DNA of 43,061 nucleotides from Thermoplasmata archaeon (GCA_030039715.1 JASHVA010000079.1:1-43061), one strand, 5' to 3'. Numbered from the stretch's first letter, positions 8,249-15,846 are shown. Numbers and translations: made by a program. Notes: generated by a model from the sequence alone, not told the origin.

Positions 8249-9151
8249 TCAGTCGACGGACGGATACGAGTGACCCTCGGTCGGCAGGTGCTCGACCACC
8301 ACGTCCGCCACCGACCGAACGGGCCGGTCGAGTGGAAACCGGCCCAGGAGAACGCCGCCGTATCGCTCGTACACCCGGGTCGTGTGGAGCGTGAGGCATC
8401 GCCCTCCGTAGAGCGGACGGCCCATGATCTCGGGGTCGTGCCCCCGGAGGAAGATGGAGGCCCCGGCCGCCCGCAGGAAGTCCACGAGCTCGGGCTCCGT
8501 CCACGGCGGACCGACCCCGCGCCGGGACCGGGCCGCGTCGCACTCGACCCAGACGATGTCGATGAGCGTCTCCTCGTCCGGTTCCTCCAGGAGCCGGCGC
8601 CAGGCGGTGGGTCGGTTCCGGCGGGGAAAGCCGGCGTGCGCGAGGTAGGCGCCGTTCGAGGACACCGCGGCGAGCGGGCCTCGCTCGAGAAGCGCCGTGA
8701 GGCGCGTCAGCCGCTCGGCTTCCGGACCCCAAAGCTCGTCCACCTCCTCCGGCAGCGAGCGCGGGAGCACGGGGATCCGGGAGACGGTCTCGTGGTTTCC
8801 CTGAAGGAGGACGACCCGGTCGGGAAACTGCGCCACGAGGTCGAGGAGGAGGAGCGCGTTCACCACCGAGCCGGGCCCACAGTCGTTCGGCGCCCGATCG
8901 ACATAGTCGCCGAGGCCCACGAGGCACCGATGCTCCGCATCGCCCGACAGGAACCCGCGGCGCACCTCGAGCATCGTGCGCCAATCCCCGTGCGAGTCCC
9001 CGAAGACGACCGCCTCGCCACCGGCGCGGGTCGGGAGCTCGGCGACGCCCGGCCGGACCGGCACCTCGCGTTCGAGCCGGTCGAGGAGGGCGTCCGCCTC
9101 CTCGGGGGAGCTCGCGAGCACCGTCTCCGGGCGGAGGAGTTCCGACCTCAC
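8249..9151 (-). CDS. PPP-family serine/threonine protein phosphatase (metallophosphoesterase)
   Basis: GDSHGD, GDYVDR and GNHE motifs in the correct order and spacing. 300 aa, GTG start. Confidence 0.85.
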   Translation of the reverse strand: MRSELLRPETVLASSPEEADALLDRLEREVPVRPGVAELPTRAGGEAVVFGDSHGDWRTMLEVRRGFLSGDAEHRCLVGLGDYVDRAPNDCGPGSVVNALLLLDLVAQFPDRVVLLQGNHETVSRIPVLPRSLPEEVDELWGPEAERLTRLTALLERGPLAAVSSNGAYLAHAGFPRRNRPTAWRRLLEEPDEETLIDIVWVECDAARSRRGVGPPWTEPELVDFLRAAGASIFLRGHDPEIMGRPLYGGRCLTLHTTRVYERYGGVLLGRFPLDRPVRSVADVVVEHLPTEGHSYPSVD

Positions 9152-9359
9152 GCGACGACCTCGGGGCTAGGCGACGGGCGAGGATGCGGGGGGCCGGAGT
9201 TTCCGGCGATCGGCGCGGTCGGCCGATCGTCCCTTTGAACCGGCGAATGCCCTGGGCAACAGGGTCCTAAGCCCTGCCTCGGGAGCCCGCCGCGCGCGCA
9301 CGCGACGATTGGCCGAGCTGGAGCACCCCCGCACCGGGATCGGAAGGCGAGCGAGCGGA

Positions 9360-9466
9360 TAGCCCCGGCAGGAGTTCCGGCCGGCGGGGTGCGAGGCCCC
9401 CGGGGCGTTCGAACCTGCGTCGCGAGATCCAGAGTCTCGCATGATTGGCCACTACACCACGGGGCT
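9360..9466 (-). tRNA. tRNA-Gln (anticodon CUG) interrupted by a 34-nt intron in the T-loop (59/60); 73 nt after splicing
   Basis: Reverse strand reads AGCCCCG-TG-GTGT-AGTGGCCAA-TCAT-G-CGAGA-CTCTGGA-TCTCG-CGAC-GCAGG-TTCGAA[34 nt]T-CCTGC-CGGGGCT-A. The acceptor stem pairs perfectly only when the intron is removed. Confidence 0.85.
9374..9407 (-). other. tRNA intron at non-canonical position 59/60 with a canonical hBHBh' motif
   Basis: Central 4-bp helix: U54-A9376, U55.G9377, C56-G9378, G57-C9379. It is flanked by the 3-nt bulges AA|C (9409,9408|9407) and AC|U (9375,9374|9373). The outer helices are the T-stem and G9406-C9380/C9405-G9381/C9404-G9382. Confidence 0.7.
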
Positions 9467-9490
9467 ACGGGGATTGTCAGCTTCGTTCCG

Positions 9491-9500
9491 TTGATAAAAG
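9491..9500 (-). promoter_or_regulatory. TATA box candidate for tRNA-Gln
   Basis: CTTTTATCAA on the reverse strand, centred about 30 nt upstream of the tRNA 5' end (9466). Confidence 0.5.
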
Positions 9501-9633
9501 TTGCCGCGCGGGCGGAGTCTTCCGGGCGTCCGCGACGTGCGCAGTCGGCCCGGAGCTCGTCCTCGGAGAGGCCCGACCGTCCTCCACAAATAGCCCGAGA
9601 GAGTCCGACCCCGGTCCACGCCCGGGAGGTCGG

Positions 9634-11373
9634 ATGCCGGAGGGGGTAACGGGCGACCCGCCCCGTCTCCCCTCGGCAGCCCGCTCGGCCGCGATCTACC
9701 TGGCCCTGCCGCTCGTCGCGACGGCCGCGCTCGCCGCCACGGTCGGCTTCTCGCTCGGAGGACTCGCCGGCTATCTGCCGACGGCGGCCGTCGACGTCAG
9801 CTACTCGTTCCTTCGCATGTCGGCGGCCTACGGCCTCTCGCTCGGCTTCGCCCTCGCCTACGGCTACTACGCCGCGACCCACCGCACGGGGGAGCGGGTG
9901 ATGATCCCGATCCTCGACATCCTGCAGTCGATCCCGATCCTCGGATTTTTCCCGATCGCCCTGGTCGTCTTCGCGTCGCTGACCCCGAACAGTTGGCCGG
10001 GCGTCAACTTCGCCTCGGTGTTCCTCATCTTCACGTCGATGGCCTGGAACATGGTCTTCGGCGTCTATGAGTCGCTGAAGACGCTCCCGGCCGAGCTCAA
10101 GGAGGCGGCCGAGACGTTCCGGCTCCGGGGGGTGCTCCTCTTCCGGCGCGTGCTCTTCCCGGCGACGATCAACCGGCTCGTCTACAACTCGGTGTTGAGC
10201 TGGACGGCCGGTTGGTTCTTCCTGGTCGAGGCCGAGATCTTCTCCACGAACTCGAACCAGGTGCTGCCCGGGATCGGCAGCTTCCTCTCGTTCGCGGCGA
10301 GCAACCACAACTCCGAGGCGTTCCTCGCCGGGATCCTGGTCCTCGTCGTCGTCATCGCCGCGCTCGACTTCGCGGTCTGGCGCCCGCTGGGGAAGTGGGC
10401 CGAGCGGTTCCGCTACGACACGGCACCCGCCGGCGAAGGGGAGGCGGTCCTCCCGGCGGCGGACAGCGCCACCCGGTTCAGCCGGGTCGCGGCGTACGTC
10501 CGGCGAGGGGTCCGGACCAGCGTGACGCGCATCAGCACGCCCCTCGTCCAGCTGGCCGCGATCGCGGTCGCGCCGGCGCGCAAGACCGAACGCCGGCAGA
10601 CGGCGATCTCCTACGCCGGGCTCGGTCTCATCCTCGTCGTGGGCTGGCTCCTCCTCATCGCGCTCGTCGTGGCCGTCTACGGCGTCTTCACCGGGCCGAT
10701 CCTCCCCGGTGTCCTCCACCAGATCGAGCTCCTGCCGCTCGCCATGGGCGCCTCGGCGCTGCGGGTCGCGGCGGCGTACGCGATCTGTCTCGCCATCGCG
10801 CTGCCCCTCGGGATCTGGATCGCGGGCAGCCCGCGGGCCGCCCGGTTCGGCATGCCGACCGTCGAGGTCATCGCATCGTTCCCGGCGACGGCGCTCTTTC
10901 CGGTGATCATCTTCGAACTGATCCCGTACATCTCCGCGGAGGGCGCGGCGATCCTGATGCTGATGACCGGGATGCTCTGGTACCTGTTCTTCAATCTGCT
11001 CTCGGGGCTCCGGGCGCTCCCGCCGGATCTCGACGAAGCGGCGCACTCCTACGGTCTCCGGGGCTGGAAGCGGTTCACGCGCCTCGTCCTGCCCGGCATC
11101 TTCCCGGCGCTCATCACCGGCTCGATCACCGCCTTCGGGGGTGGGTGGAACACGCTGATCGTCGCCGAGTACCTCAGCGTCAATTCGAAGCAGACGCTGA
11201 GCCTCTTCGGCGTCGGGCGCGCGATCGACATCGGCTACGCGATGCCGGGCCACACCGGCTACCCCCTGATGGTCGCCGCTCTCCTCACGCTCGTCGCGAC
11301 GGTCGTGGCCATCAACGAATTCATATGGAAACCGCTCTACCGACGGGCGGTCGAGAAGTACCGGTACGACTGA
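9634..11373 (+). CDS. ABC transporter permease, duplicated (two fused BPD-type permease domains), NitT/TauT-like
   Basis: ATG 9634 is preceded by GGGAGG. 579 aa with two repeats, each carrying an EAA loop (EAAETFRLRGVLLFRRVLFP and EAAHSYGLRGWKRFTRLVLP). The upstream part of track ORF 9445.. overlaps the tRNA. Confidence 0.85.
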   Translation: MPEGVTGDPPRLPSAARSAAIYLALPLVATAALAATVGFSLGGLAGYLPTAAVDVSYSFLRMSAAYGLSLGFALAYGYYAATHRTGERVMIPILDILQSIPILGFFPIALVVFASLTPNSWPGVNFASVFLIFTSMAWNMVFGVYESLKTLPAELKEAAETFRLRGVLLFRRVLFPATINRLVYNSVLSWTAGWFFLVEAEIFSTNSNQVLPGIGSFLSFAASNHNSEAFLAGILVLVVVIAALDFAVWRPLGKWAERFRYDTAPAGEGEAVLPAADSATRFSRVAAYVRRGVRTSVTRISTPLVQLAAIAVAPARKTERRQTAISYAGLGLILVVGWLLLIALVVAVYGVFTGPILPGVLHQIELLPLAMGASALRVAAAYAICLAIALPLGIWIAGSPRAARFGMPTVEVIASFPATALFPVIIFELIPYISAEGAAILMLMTGMLWYLFFNLLSGLRALPPDLDEAAHSYGLRGWKRFTRLVLPGIFPALITGSITAFGGGWNTLIVAEYLSVNSKQTLSLFGVGRAIDIGYAMPGHTGYPLMVAALLTLVATVVAINEFIWKPLYRRAVEKYRYD

Positions 11374-11417
11374 CCGGGCGCTCGGCCGGAGCCGGGCGGT
11401 TAGCGGAGGGGCGGCGG

Positions 11418-12233
11418 ATGGCGCTGATCCGGATCGAGCACGTCGACAAGTCGTTCGCGGCCCGGCACGGCTCGATCTCGATCATGCAGGACATCTCGTT
11501 CGACGTCGCCGACTCCGACTTCCTCGCGATCGTCGGCCCCTCGGGCTGCGGGAAGTCGACCCTCCTCCGGCTGATCCAGGGGCTGGACAAGCCGACCGGG
11601 GGACAGATCTTCTTCCGGGACAGCCCCGTCACTTCGGTCTGCACGAAGATGGCGATGGTCTTCCAGAGCTTCGCGCTCTTCCCGTGGCTCACGGTGTCGC
11701 AGAACGTCGCCTTCGGTCTCGAAGCGCTGGGCTGGCCCCCGGACCGCATCCGGAGCCAGGTCGACCGGTACATCTCCGTGACCGGCCTCGACGGGTTCCA
11801 GGAGGCGTTTCCCCGCGAGCTTTCGGGCGGGATGCGCCAGCGCGTCGGCCTGGCTCGCGCGCTCGCGGTCGAGCCGTCGGTCCTCCTGATGGACGAACCG
11901 TTCAGTGCGCTCGACCCGCTCACGGCGGAGAGCCTGCGCGAGGAGATCCTCCAGCTCTGGCGCGACCCGGAGCTGCCCCCCGACGCCGTCCTCCTCGTGT
12001 CCCACAATATCGAAGAGGCGATCCAGCTCGCCGACCGGATCATCGTCCTCTCGCGTCGTCCGTCGCACGTCCTCGCGGACGTCCACGTCGACCTTCCCCG
12101 GCCCCGGGACCGCAAGTCGCAGGCGTTCTACGACCTCACCGACCGGGTCTACTCGCTGATCACCGAGGGCGGGAGCGCCCCGACGGCGCCCCCCGCCGCG
12201 AACGGTGCGGCGGCGCCTCAAAAAGCCTTATAG
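11418..12233 (+). CDS. ABC transporter ATP-binding protein (NitT/TauT family-like)
   Basis: Walker A GPSGCGKST, signature LSGGMRQR, Walker B LLMDEPFSALD, H-loop VSHN. ATG 11418 is preceded by GGAGGGG. It is the in-frame tail of track ORF 10212..12233. Confidence 0.9.
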   Translation: MALIRIEHVDKSFAARHGSISIMQDISFDVADSDFLAIVGPSGCGKSTLLRLIQGLDKPTGGQIFFRDSPVTSVCTKMAMVFQSFALFPWLTVSQNVAFGLEALGWPPDRIRSQVDRYISVTGLDGFQEAFPRELSGGMRQRVGLARALAVEPSVLLMDEPFSALDPLTAESLREEILQLWRDPELPPDAVLLVSHNIEEAIQLADRIIVLSRRPSHVLADVHVDLPRPRDRKSQAFYDLTDRVYSLITEGGSAPTAPPAANGAAAPQKAL

Positions 12234-12270
12234 CGAGCCCCCCGGATAGGTCGCTTCCCGGAAGCTGGAC

Positions 12271-12885
12271 GTGCCGACGACCTACCCCAAGTGCAGCCCC
12301 ACCGAGATGCAGGGACTGCTCGTGCTCCTGAACGCCCACAAGGGCTCCGAGGACGTCGCGCGTCTCGCGGACGACCTCGACCTCGAGATCGACGAGATCC
12401 TGCCCTCCCTCGACTTCGCCTCCGCGCTCGGGCTCGTCCGGGTCAGCGAGGGAAACGCCTCCTTCTCCGATCTGGGGAAGCGGTACATCTCGTCGACCAT
12501 CCGCGACCGCAAGGCGATCCTGCGGGACCAGCTGAAGAAGACGACGCTGTTCCGGACCCTGCTCCGCGCGCTGGAGAGTGCGCCGGACCACCGCCTGACC
12601 GACGAGCAGCTCGCGCAGCTCTTCTCGCTCACGCCCGCCCCGGCGGACGCCTCCGTGCAGAACATCGTCAACTGGGGCCGCTACGCGGAGCTGATCCGCT
12701 ACGACGCCGAGGAACACGTCCTCGTGGCCGTCCGCCACGCTCCGCCCGCGGCGAAGCCTCCCGCCGGCAATCGACCACCGCCCCCATCGACCCCTCAGGG
12801 TCCTGGTGCCGGCCCCGCGGCGGCGCGGAAGTCGCCGCCCGCGTCGCCCCCGGCGGAGCAGTCGGCCGCTTCCGCCGCCGCGTAA
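12271..12885 (+). CDS. Free-standing AAA-associated-domain protein (a domain normally fused to the C-terminus of NitT/TauT-type ABC ATPases) with a Pro/Ala-rich tail
   Basis: 204 aa. MQGLLVLL...GSEDVARLADDLDLEIDEILPSLDFASALGLV...FSDLGKRY...ILRDQL matches my memory of that domain (Pfam PF09821, unverified). It lies immediately downstream of the ATPase. Confidence 0.65.
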   Translation: MPTTYPKCSPTEMQGLLVLLNAHKGSEDVARLADDLDLEIDEILPSLDFASALGLVRVSEGNASFSDLGKRYISSTIRDRKAILRDQLKKTTLFRTLLRALESAPDHRLTDEQLAQLFSLTPAPADASVQNIVNWGRYAELIRYDAEEHVLVAVRHAPPAAKPPAGNRPPPPSTPQGPGAGPAAARKSPPASPPAEQSAASAAA

Positions 12886-12930
12886 CGCCCGTTACCGCCG
12901 GTACGGTGGGTGGCGGCAAGGCAAGCGCGC

Positions 12931-12940
12931 GCCTAAGAGC
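12931..12940 (+). promoter_or_regulatory. TATA-like element GCCTAAGAGC upstream of the FMN reductase gene
   Basis: Only A/T-containing patch in the spacer, about 35 nt upstream of ATG 12971. The same CTAAGAGCC core recurs upstream of two other genes (see findings). Confidence 0.4.
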
Positions 12941-12970
12941 CCCGGGTCCGGTGGTCGATGAGCACGCATC

Positions 12971-13531
12971 ATGGCGCCACTCCGACTCGCGGGGATCCCG
13001 GGAAGCCTCCGAAAGAACGCCTACTCGCTCGGCCTGCTCAAGGCCGCCCAGGAGGTGGCGCCCCGCGACATGGAGATCGAGATCCTCGACATCACGGGGT
13101 TCCCGGTCTTCAACCAGGACGACCGGGACCACCCGCCGGCGGTCGTGACGGCGTTCAAGGAGAAGGTGCGGCGGGCCGACGCCGTGCTCTTCTCGATCAA
13201 CGAGCACAACTACTCGCTCTCCGCTGCCGAGAAGAACGTGATCGACTGGGGCTCGCAACCGTACACGGCGAGCGTCTGGCCCGGAAAGCCCGCCGGGATC
13301 ATGAGCGCCTCCATCGGCGCGATGGGCGGGGTGCGCGCCCAGCTCGACCTCCGCCACGTGATGGTCTTCCTCAACATGTGGCCGATCAACCGGCCCGAAG
13401 TGATCGTGCCGTTCGCGGCCGACAAGTTCGACGCCGGAGGACGCCTGACGGACGAGGCGAGCCGAAAGTTCATCGCCGACCACCTCGTCGAACTGGCCCG
13501 GTACACGCGGGTGCTGACGCACCAGCACTGA
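12971..13531 (+). CDS. NADPH-dependent FMN reductase family protein (SsuE/ChrR-like)
   Basis: 186 aa. IPGSLRKNAYS (flavodoxin-like phosphate loop), ADAVLFSINEHNYSLSAAEKNVIDW and GKPAGIMSAS are typical of the FMN_red family. Confidence 0.85.
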   Translation: MAPLRLAGIPGSLRKNAYSLGLLKAAQEVAPRDMEIEILDITGFPVFNQDDRDHPPAVVTAFKEKVRRADAVLFSINEHNYSLSAAEKNVIDWGSQPYTASVWPGKPAGIMSASIGAMGGVRAQLDLRHVMVFLNMWPINRPEVIVPFAADKFDAGGRLTDEASRKFIADHLVELARYTRVLTHQH

Positions 13532-13565
13532 GCTCACGGCCCGCGCACCTTCGTTCGACAAAGCG

Positions 13566-13571
13566 CTTATG
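13566..13571 (+). promoter_or_regulatory. TATA box candidate for tRNA-Ala
   Basis: CTTATG centred about 30 nt upstream of the tRNA 5' end (13599). Confidence 0.35.
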
Positions 13572-13598
13572 CGGGGGCTCTCCTCCCCCCGCCTCGGT

Positions 13599-13670
13599 GG
13601 GCACGTAGATCAGCGGAAGATCGCTGCTTTCGCAAAGCAGAGGTCGGGGGTTCAAATCCCCCCGTGTCCA
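13599..13670 (+). tRNA. tRNA-Ala (anticodon CGC), 72 nt, CCA not encoded
   Basis: GGGCACG-TA-GATC-AGCGGAA-GATC-G-CTGCT-TTCGCAA-AGCAG-AGGTC-GGGGG-TTCAAAT-CCCCC-CGTGTCC-A. The G3:U70 alanine identity pair is present. Confidence 0.93.
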
Positions 13671-13674
13671 TTCG
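13660..13674 (+). repeat. Direct repeat copy 1 (3' end of tRNA-Ala): CCCCGTGTCCATTCG
   Basis: 14 of 15 nt identical to 14697-14711, including an uninterrupted 11-mer CCCCGTGTCCA. Confidence 0.6.
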
Positions 13675-14696
13675 TTACACTCTTCAATATCTTCGATGGC
13701 TCCATACTCCCTGAAGGGGGCAAGGCGTCATGCCTGAGCCCGAGAGCGCAAGTCGCCGCCGTGCCCTCGTCGCCGGCATGATTGCAGCCACAATCGTGAT
13801 ATCGATCACGCTGGCCGCGATTTGGTGGCCGTTTCCGAGCACGATGCCCCGTGGCTATCCTGCACTCACGGTAGAGAATGGGGTGCTAAGTTCCCCAATC
13901 AGCTGGAGCCTTCCCATCAATTCCACTGGGCAGTTTTTGGGCGACTTTAATGTCACCTCAACTGTAACGGAGAATCGCTCGGGCAATGTCTCCGGGCTAC
14001 ACGTGTTTGTAGAGCTCTTTGCTCAGCCTCTGAACTTCTCCGACAGCGTGGCTTTCACTTACATTGTCCTTTTCACCGGCAACATCAGCCCCGGGCTCGA
14101 CCCCGGTTCAGTCTCGATCATCTTCAACAACGCGGTGAACGGCTCCGCGGCTGCCGTCTCGGCTCAGCTTACCGGTGTGACCCCGAGCATGGGAGTCCCA
14201 TCGAATCTCAGCGGTTACAGCGAGTCGCTGGGGGCCCCTGGGTTTTCCGGATGGGGCTCGAACGGAGTCGTGCTCCCCCTAGTCAATCAGACGGGCCCGG
14301 GCGGACCGCGCTACCACTTCGCCTTTCCCGTCGCCATTCAGGCCAACTACCCCCAGCCCGACCCGGGTAGCACGAGGCTGAACGCGCTCCAACTCAGAGC
14401 CGAGCTCGCTGGATTGGGGCAGTCCATCTATTGTCAGTTCTCAGCATTGGTTTTCACCACCAACAGGTGAATGGCGGGTCGAGCAGCTTGAGATCGAGCG
14501 CTGCCCAACGTCGACTTACTGCGAGATTCCCGACTGGCTCGCGGATTAGCAGACCGCGCTGCTCCCCCTCAGCTAAGTCGTGAAGCGGCGTTAAACGGTC
14601 GTATGAGGCAGGAAGCCTAGCGCATAGATTGGAGTCCGTCGGCGCATCCTGAGAATCCACGAAGACGCGTCATACCGGAGGATTTCCTACGGAGCA
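13675..14696. mobile_element. Putative remnant of a tRNA-targeted integrated element (low-GC islet, no recombinase)
   Basis: Visibly lower G+C and many A/T-ending codons compared with both flanks. It starts exactly at the tRNA-Ala 3' end and ends at the repeat of that end. Confidence 0.35.
13730..14470 (+). CDS. N-terminally membrane-anchored extracellular protein, heavily N-glycosylation-sequon-rich; hypothetical
   Basis: 246 aa. Basic N-terminus plus one TM (LVAGMIAATIVISITLAAIWW). Nine N-x-S/T sequons (NST, NVT, NRS, NVS, NFS, NIS, NGS, NLS, NQT). Codon usage is atypical for the window. Confidence 0.65.
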   Translation: MPEPESASRRRALVAGMIAATIVISITLAAIWWPFPSTMPRGYPALTVENGVLSSPISWSLPINSTGQFLGDFNVTSTVTENRSGNVSGLHVFVELFAQPLNFSDSVAFTYIVLFTGNISPGLDPGSVSIIFNNAVNGSAAAVSAQLTGVTPSMGVPSNLSGYSESLGAPGFSGWGSNGVVLPLVNQTGPGGPRYHFAFPVAIQANYPQPDPGSTRLNALQLRAELAGLGQSIYCQFSALVFTTNR

Positions 14697-14711
14697 CCCC
14701 GTGTCCACTCG
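14697..14711 (+). repeat. Direct repeat copy 2: CCCCGTGTCCACTCG
   Basis: Matches the tRNA-Ala 3' end (13660-13674) with one mismatch. It coincides with the return to high G+C. Confidence 0.6.
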
Positions 14712-14873
14712 GCGCTCGATCGGGATTCACAGTTTGGCCTCGTGCCGCTGACGCGCGCGAATACCCGGGGCCCCGCAGGGGTCCGCTAGCTCCCGTGACC
14801 GGCCGCGACCCGTCGCGCTCGGCTTCCCTCGGTCAAGGTATTTCCGTAGGTGTATCCTCGGGAACTCGGGTCG

Positions 14874-15356
14874 ATGGTACCGGCTCGACGCCTCGTGCGG
14901 ATCGCGGCCTTCGCGCTGATCGGGGCCGGAGTCGTCCTGGTCGGCGTGGTGGCGGCGTCGAGCGTCCTCTTCAGTCAGACGTTTCCGTCGGTCCCCAGCG
15001 CTCCTCCGGGGTCGCTGACGGCCAGCTGCTCGACCCTGCAGGCCTGGAACGAGCAGGTGCCCGCCGACGGCGGTCCGATCCTGTTCAACTGCACGCAAGA
15101 GGCCGGCGCGTTCGTCGTCAGCAACGCACCGGCCACCGCCACCCCGACGTTCGCCCTGCCCGCGAACGCGACGGACCTCTACGTAGTCCCCGCCTATCCA
15201 ACGTACACCGGGCCGGGCACCGGGTGCGCCGCCTACACCGAGGCCCTCATGCTGACCAGCGGGACCCCGGCGACGTTCGATTCCTCGGGCAACTGGGACT
15301 ATTGCGTCGACGCCACGGGAAGCTTGCCAGGGTTCTCGGTCTCCTGGGCTTCCTGA
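14874..15356 (+). CDS. Membrane-anchored or secreted hypothetical protein (4 Cys); alternative start GTG 14850
   Basis: The A/T patch GTATTTCC (14838-14845) lies about 30 nt upstream of ATG 14874. N-terminal RRLVRIAAFALIGAGVVLVGVVAA anchor; Thr/Pro/Ala-rich ectodomain with two sequons. Confidence 0.6.
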   Translation: MVPARRLVRIAAFALIGAGVVLVGVVAASSVLFSQTFPSVPSAPPGSLTASCSTLQAWNEQVPADGGPILFNCTQEAGAFVVSNAPATATPTFALPANATDLYVVPAYPTYTGPGTGCAAYTEALMLTSGTPATFDSSGNWDYCVDATGSLPGFSVSWAS

Positions 15357-15436
15357 GACTCCGGACCGGCCCGTCCAGGAGAGGCCGATCGACCGAGCCC
15401 GGATGAAACGACCCCGAGGACGCGGCGGCTGAGGAC

Positions 15437-15445
15437 GTAATATCC
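15437..15445 (+). promoter_or_regulatory. TATA box candidate for msrB
   Basis: GTAATATCC centred 25 nt upstream of the in-frame GTG 15466 and only about 10 nt upstream of GTG 15451. Confidence 0.4.
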
Positions 15446-15450
15446 GCGGG

Positions 15451-15846
15451 GTGGCTCGGTCGAACGTGGCCGCGACGAACCCTCCGACCCTGCGCAAACT
15501 GACGAAGGCCGAGGAACGGGTGATCCTCCATCGGGGGACCGAGGCGCCGTTCTCGGGCGAGTACGAGCACTTCACCGGGCGCGGAACGTATGCGTGCAAG
15601 CAGTGCGGCGCGACCCTTTACCGTTCGACCGACAAGTTCGACGCGGGGTGCGGCTGGCCGAGCTTCGATCGTGAGGTCGAAGGTGCGGTGCAGCGGATCC
15701 CCGACCCCGACGGCGAGCGGGTCGAGATCCGATGCGCCCGCTGCGGCGGTCACCTCGGACACGTATTCGAGGGCGAGCGGTTCACGCCACGGAACACCCG
15801 TCACTGCGTGAACTCGATCTCGCTCGTGTTCGTTCCCGACCCGTAA
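15451..15846 (+). CDS. msrB: Peptide-methionine (R)-S-oxide reductase MsrB (likely real start GTG 15466)
   Basis: GTEAPFSGEY, two zinc CxxC pairs (CKQCG, CARCG), GWPSF, and catalytic RHCVNS. Confidence 0.9.
   Translation: MARSNVAATNPPTLRKLTKAEERVILHRGTEAPFSGEYEHFTGRGTYACKQCGATLYRSTDKFDAGCGWPSFDREVEGAVQRIPDPDGERVEIRCARCGGHLGHVFEGERFTPRNTRHCVNSISLVFVPDP

Noticed and set aside
9336-9358. GGGATCGGAAGGCGAGCGAGC resembles the conserved GGAAGG/AGCA core of SRP RNA helix 8.
   Set aside because: It abuts the 3' end of tRNA-Gln, so an SRP RNA of about 300 nt would have to overlap the tRNA or the phosphatase gene. The complementary helix-8 strand and the 5' domain motifs are not present.
14454-14660. 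68-aa minus-strand ORF inside the tRNA-Ala islet, considered as a remnant of the missing integrase.
   Set aside because: It has no R..H-x-x-R..Y tyrosine-recombinase or serine-recombinase motif. It overlaps the 3' end of the glycoprotein ORF and has no promoter-like box. It is probably non-coding.
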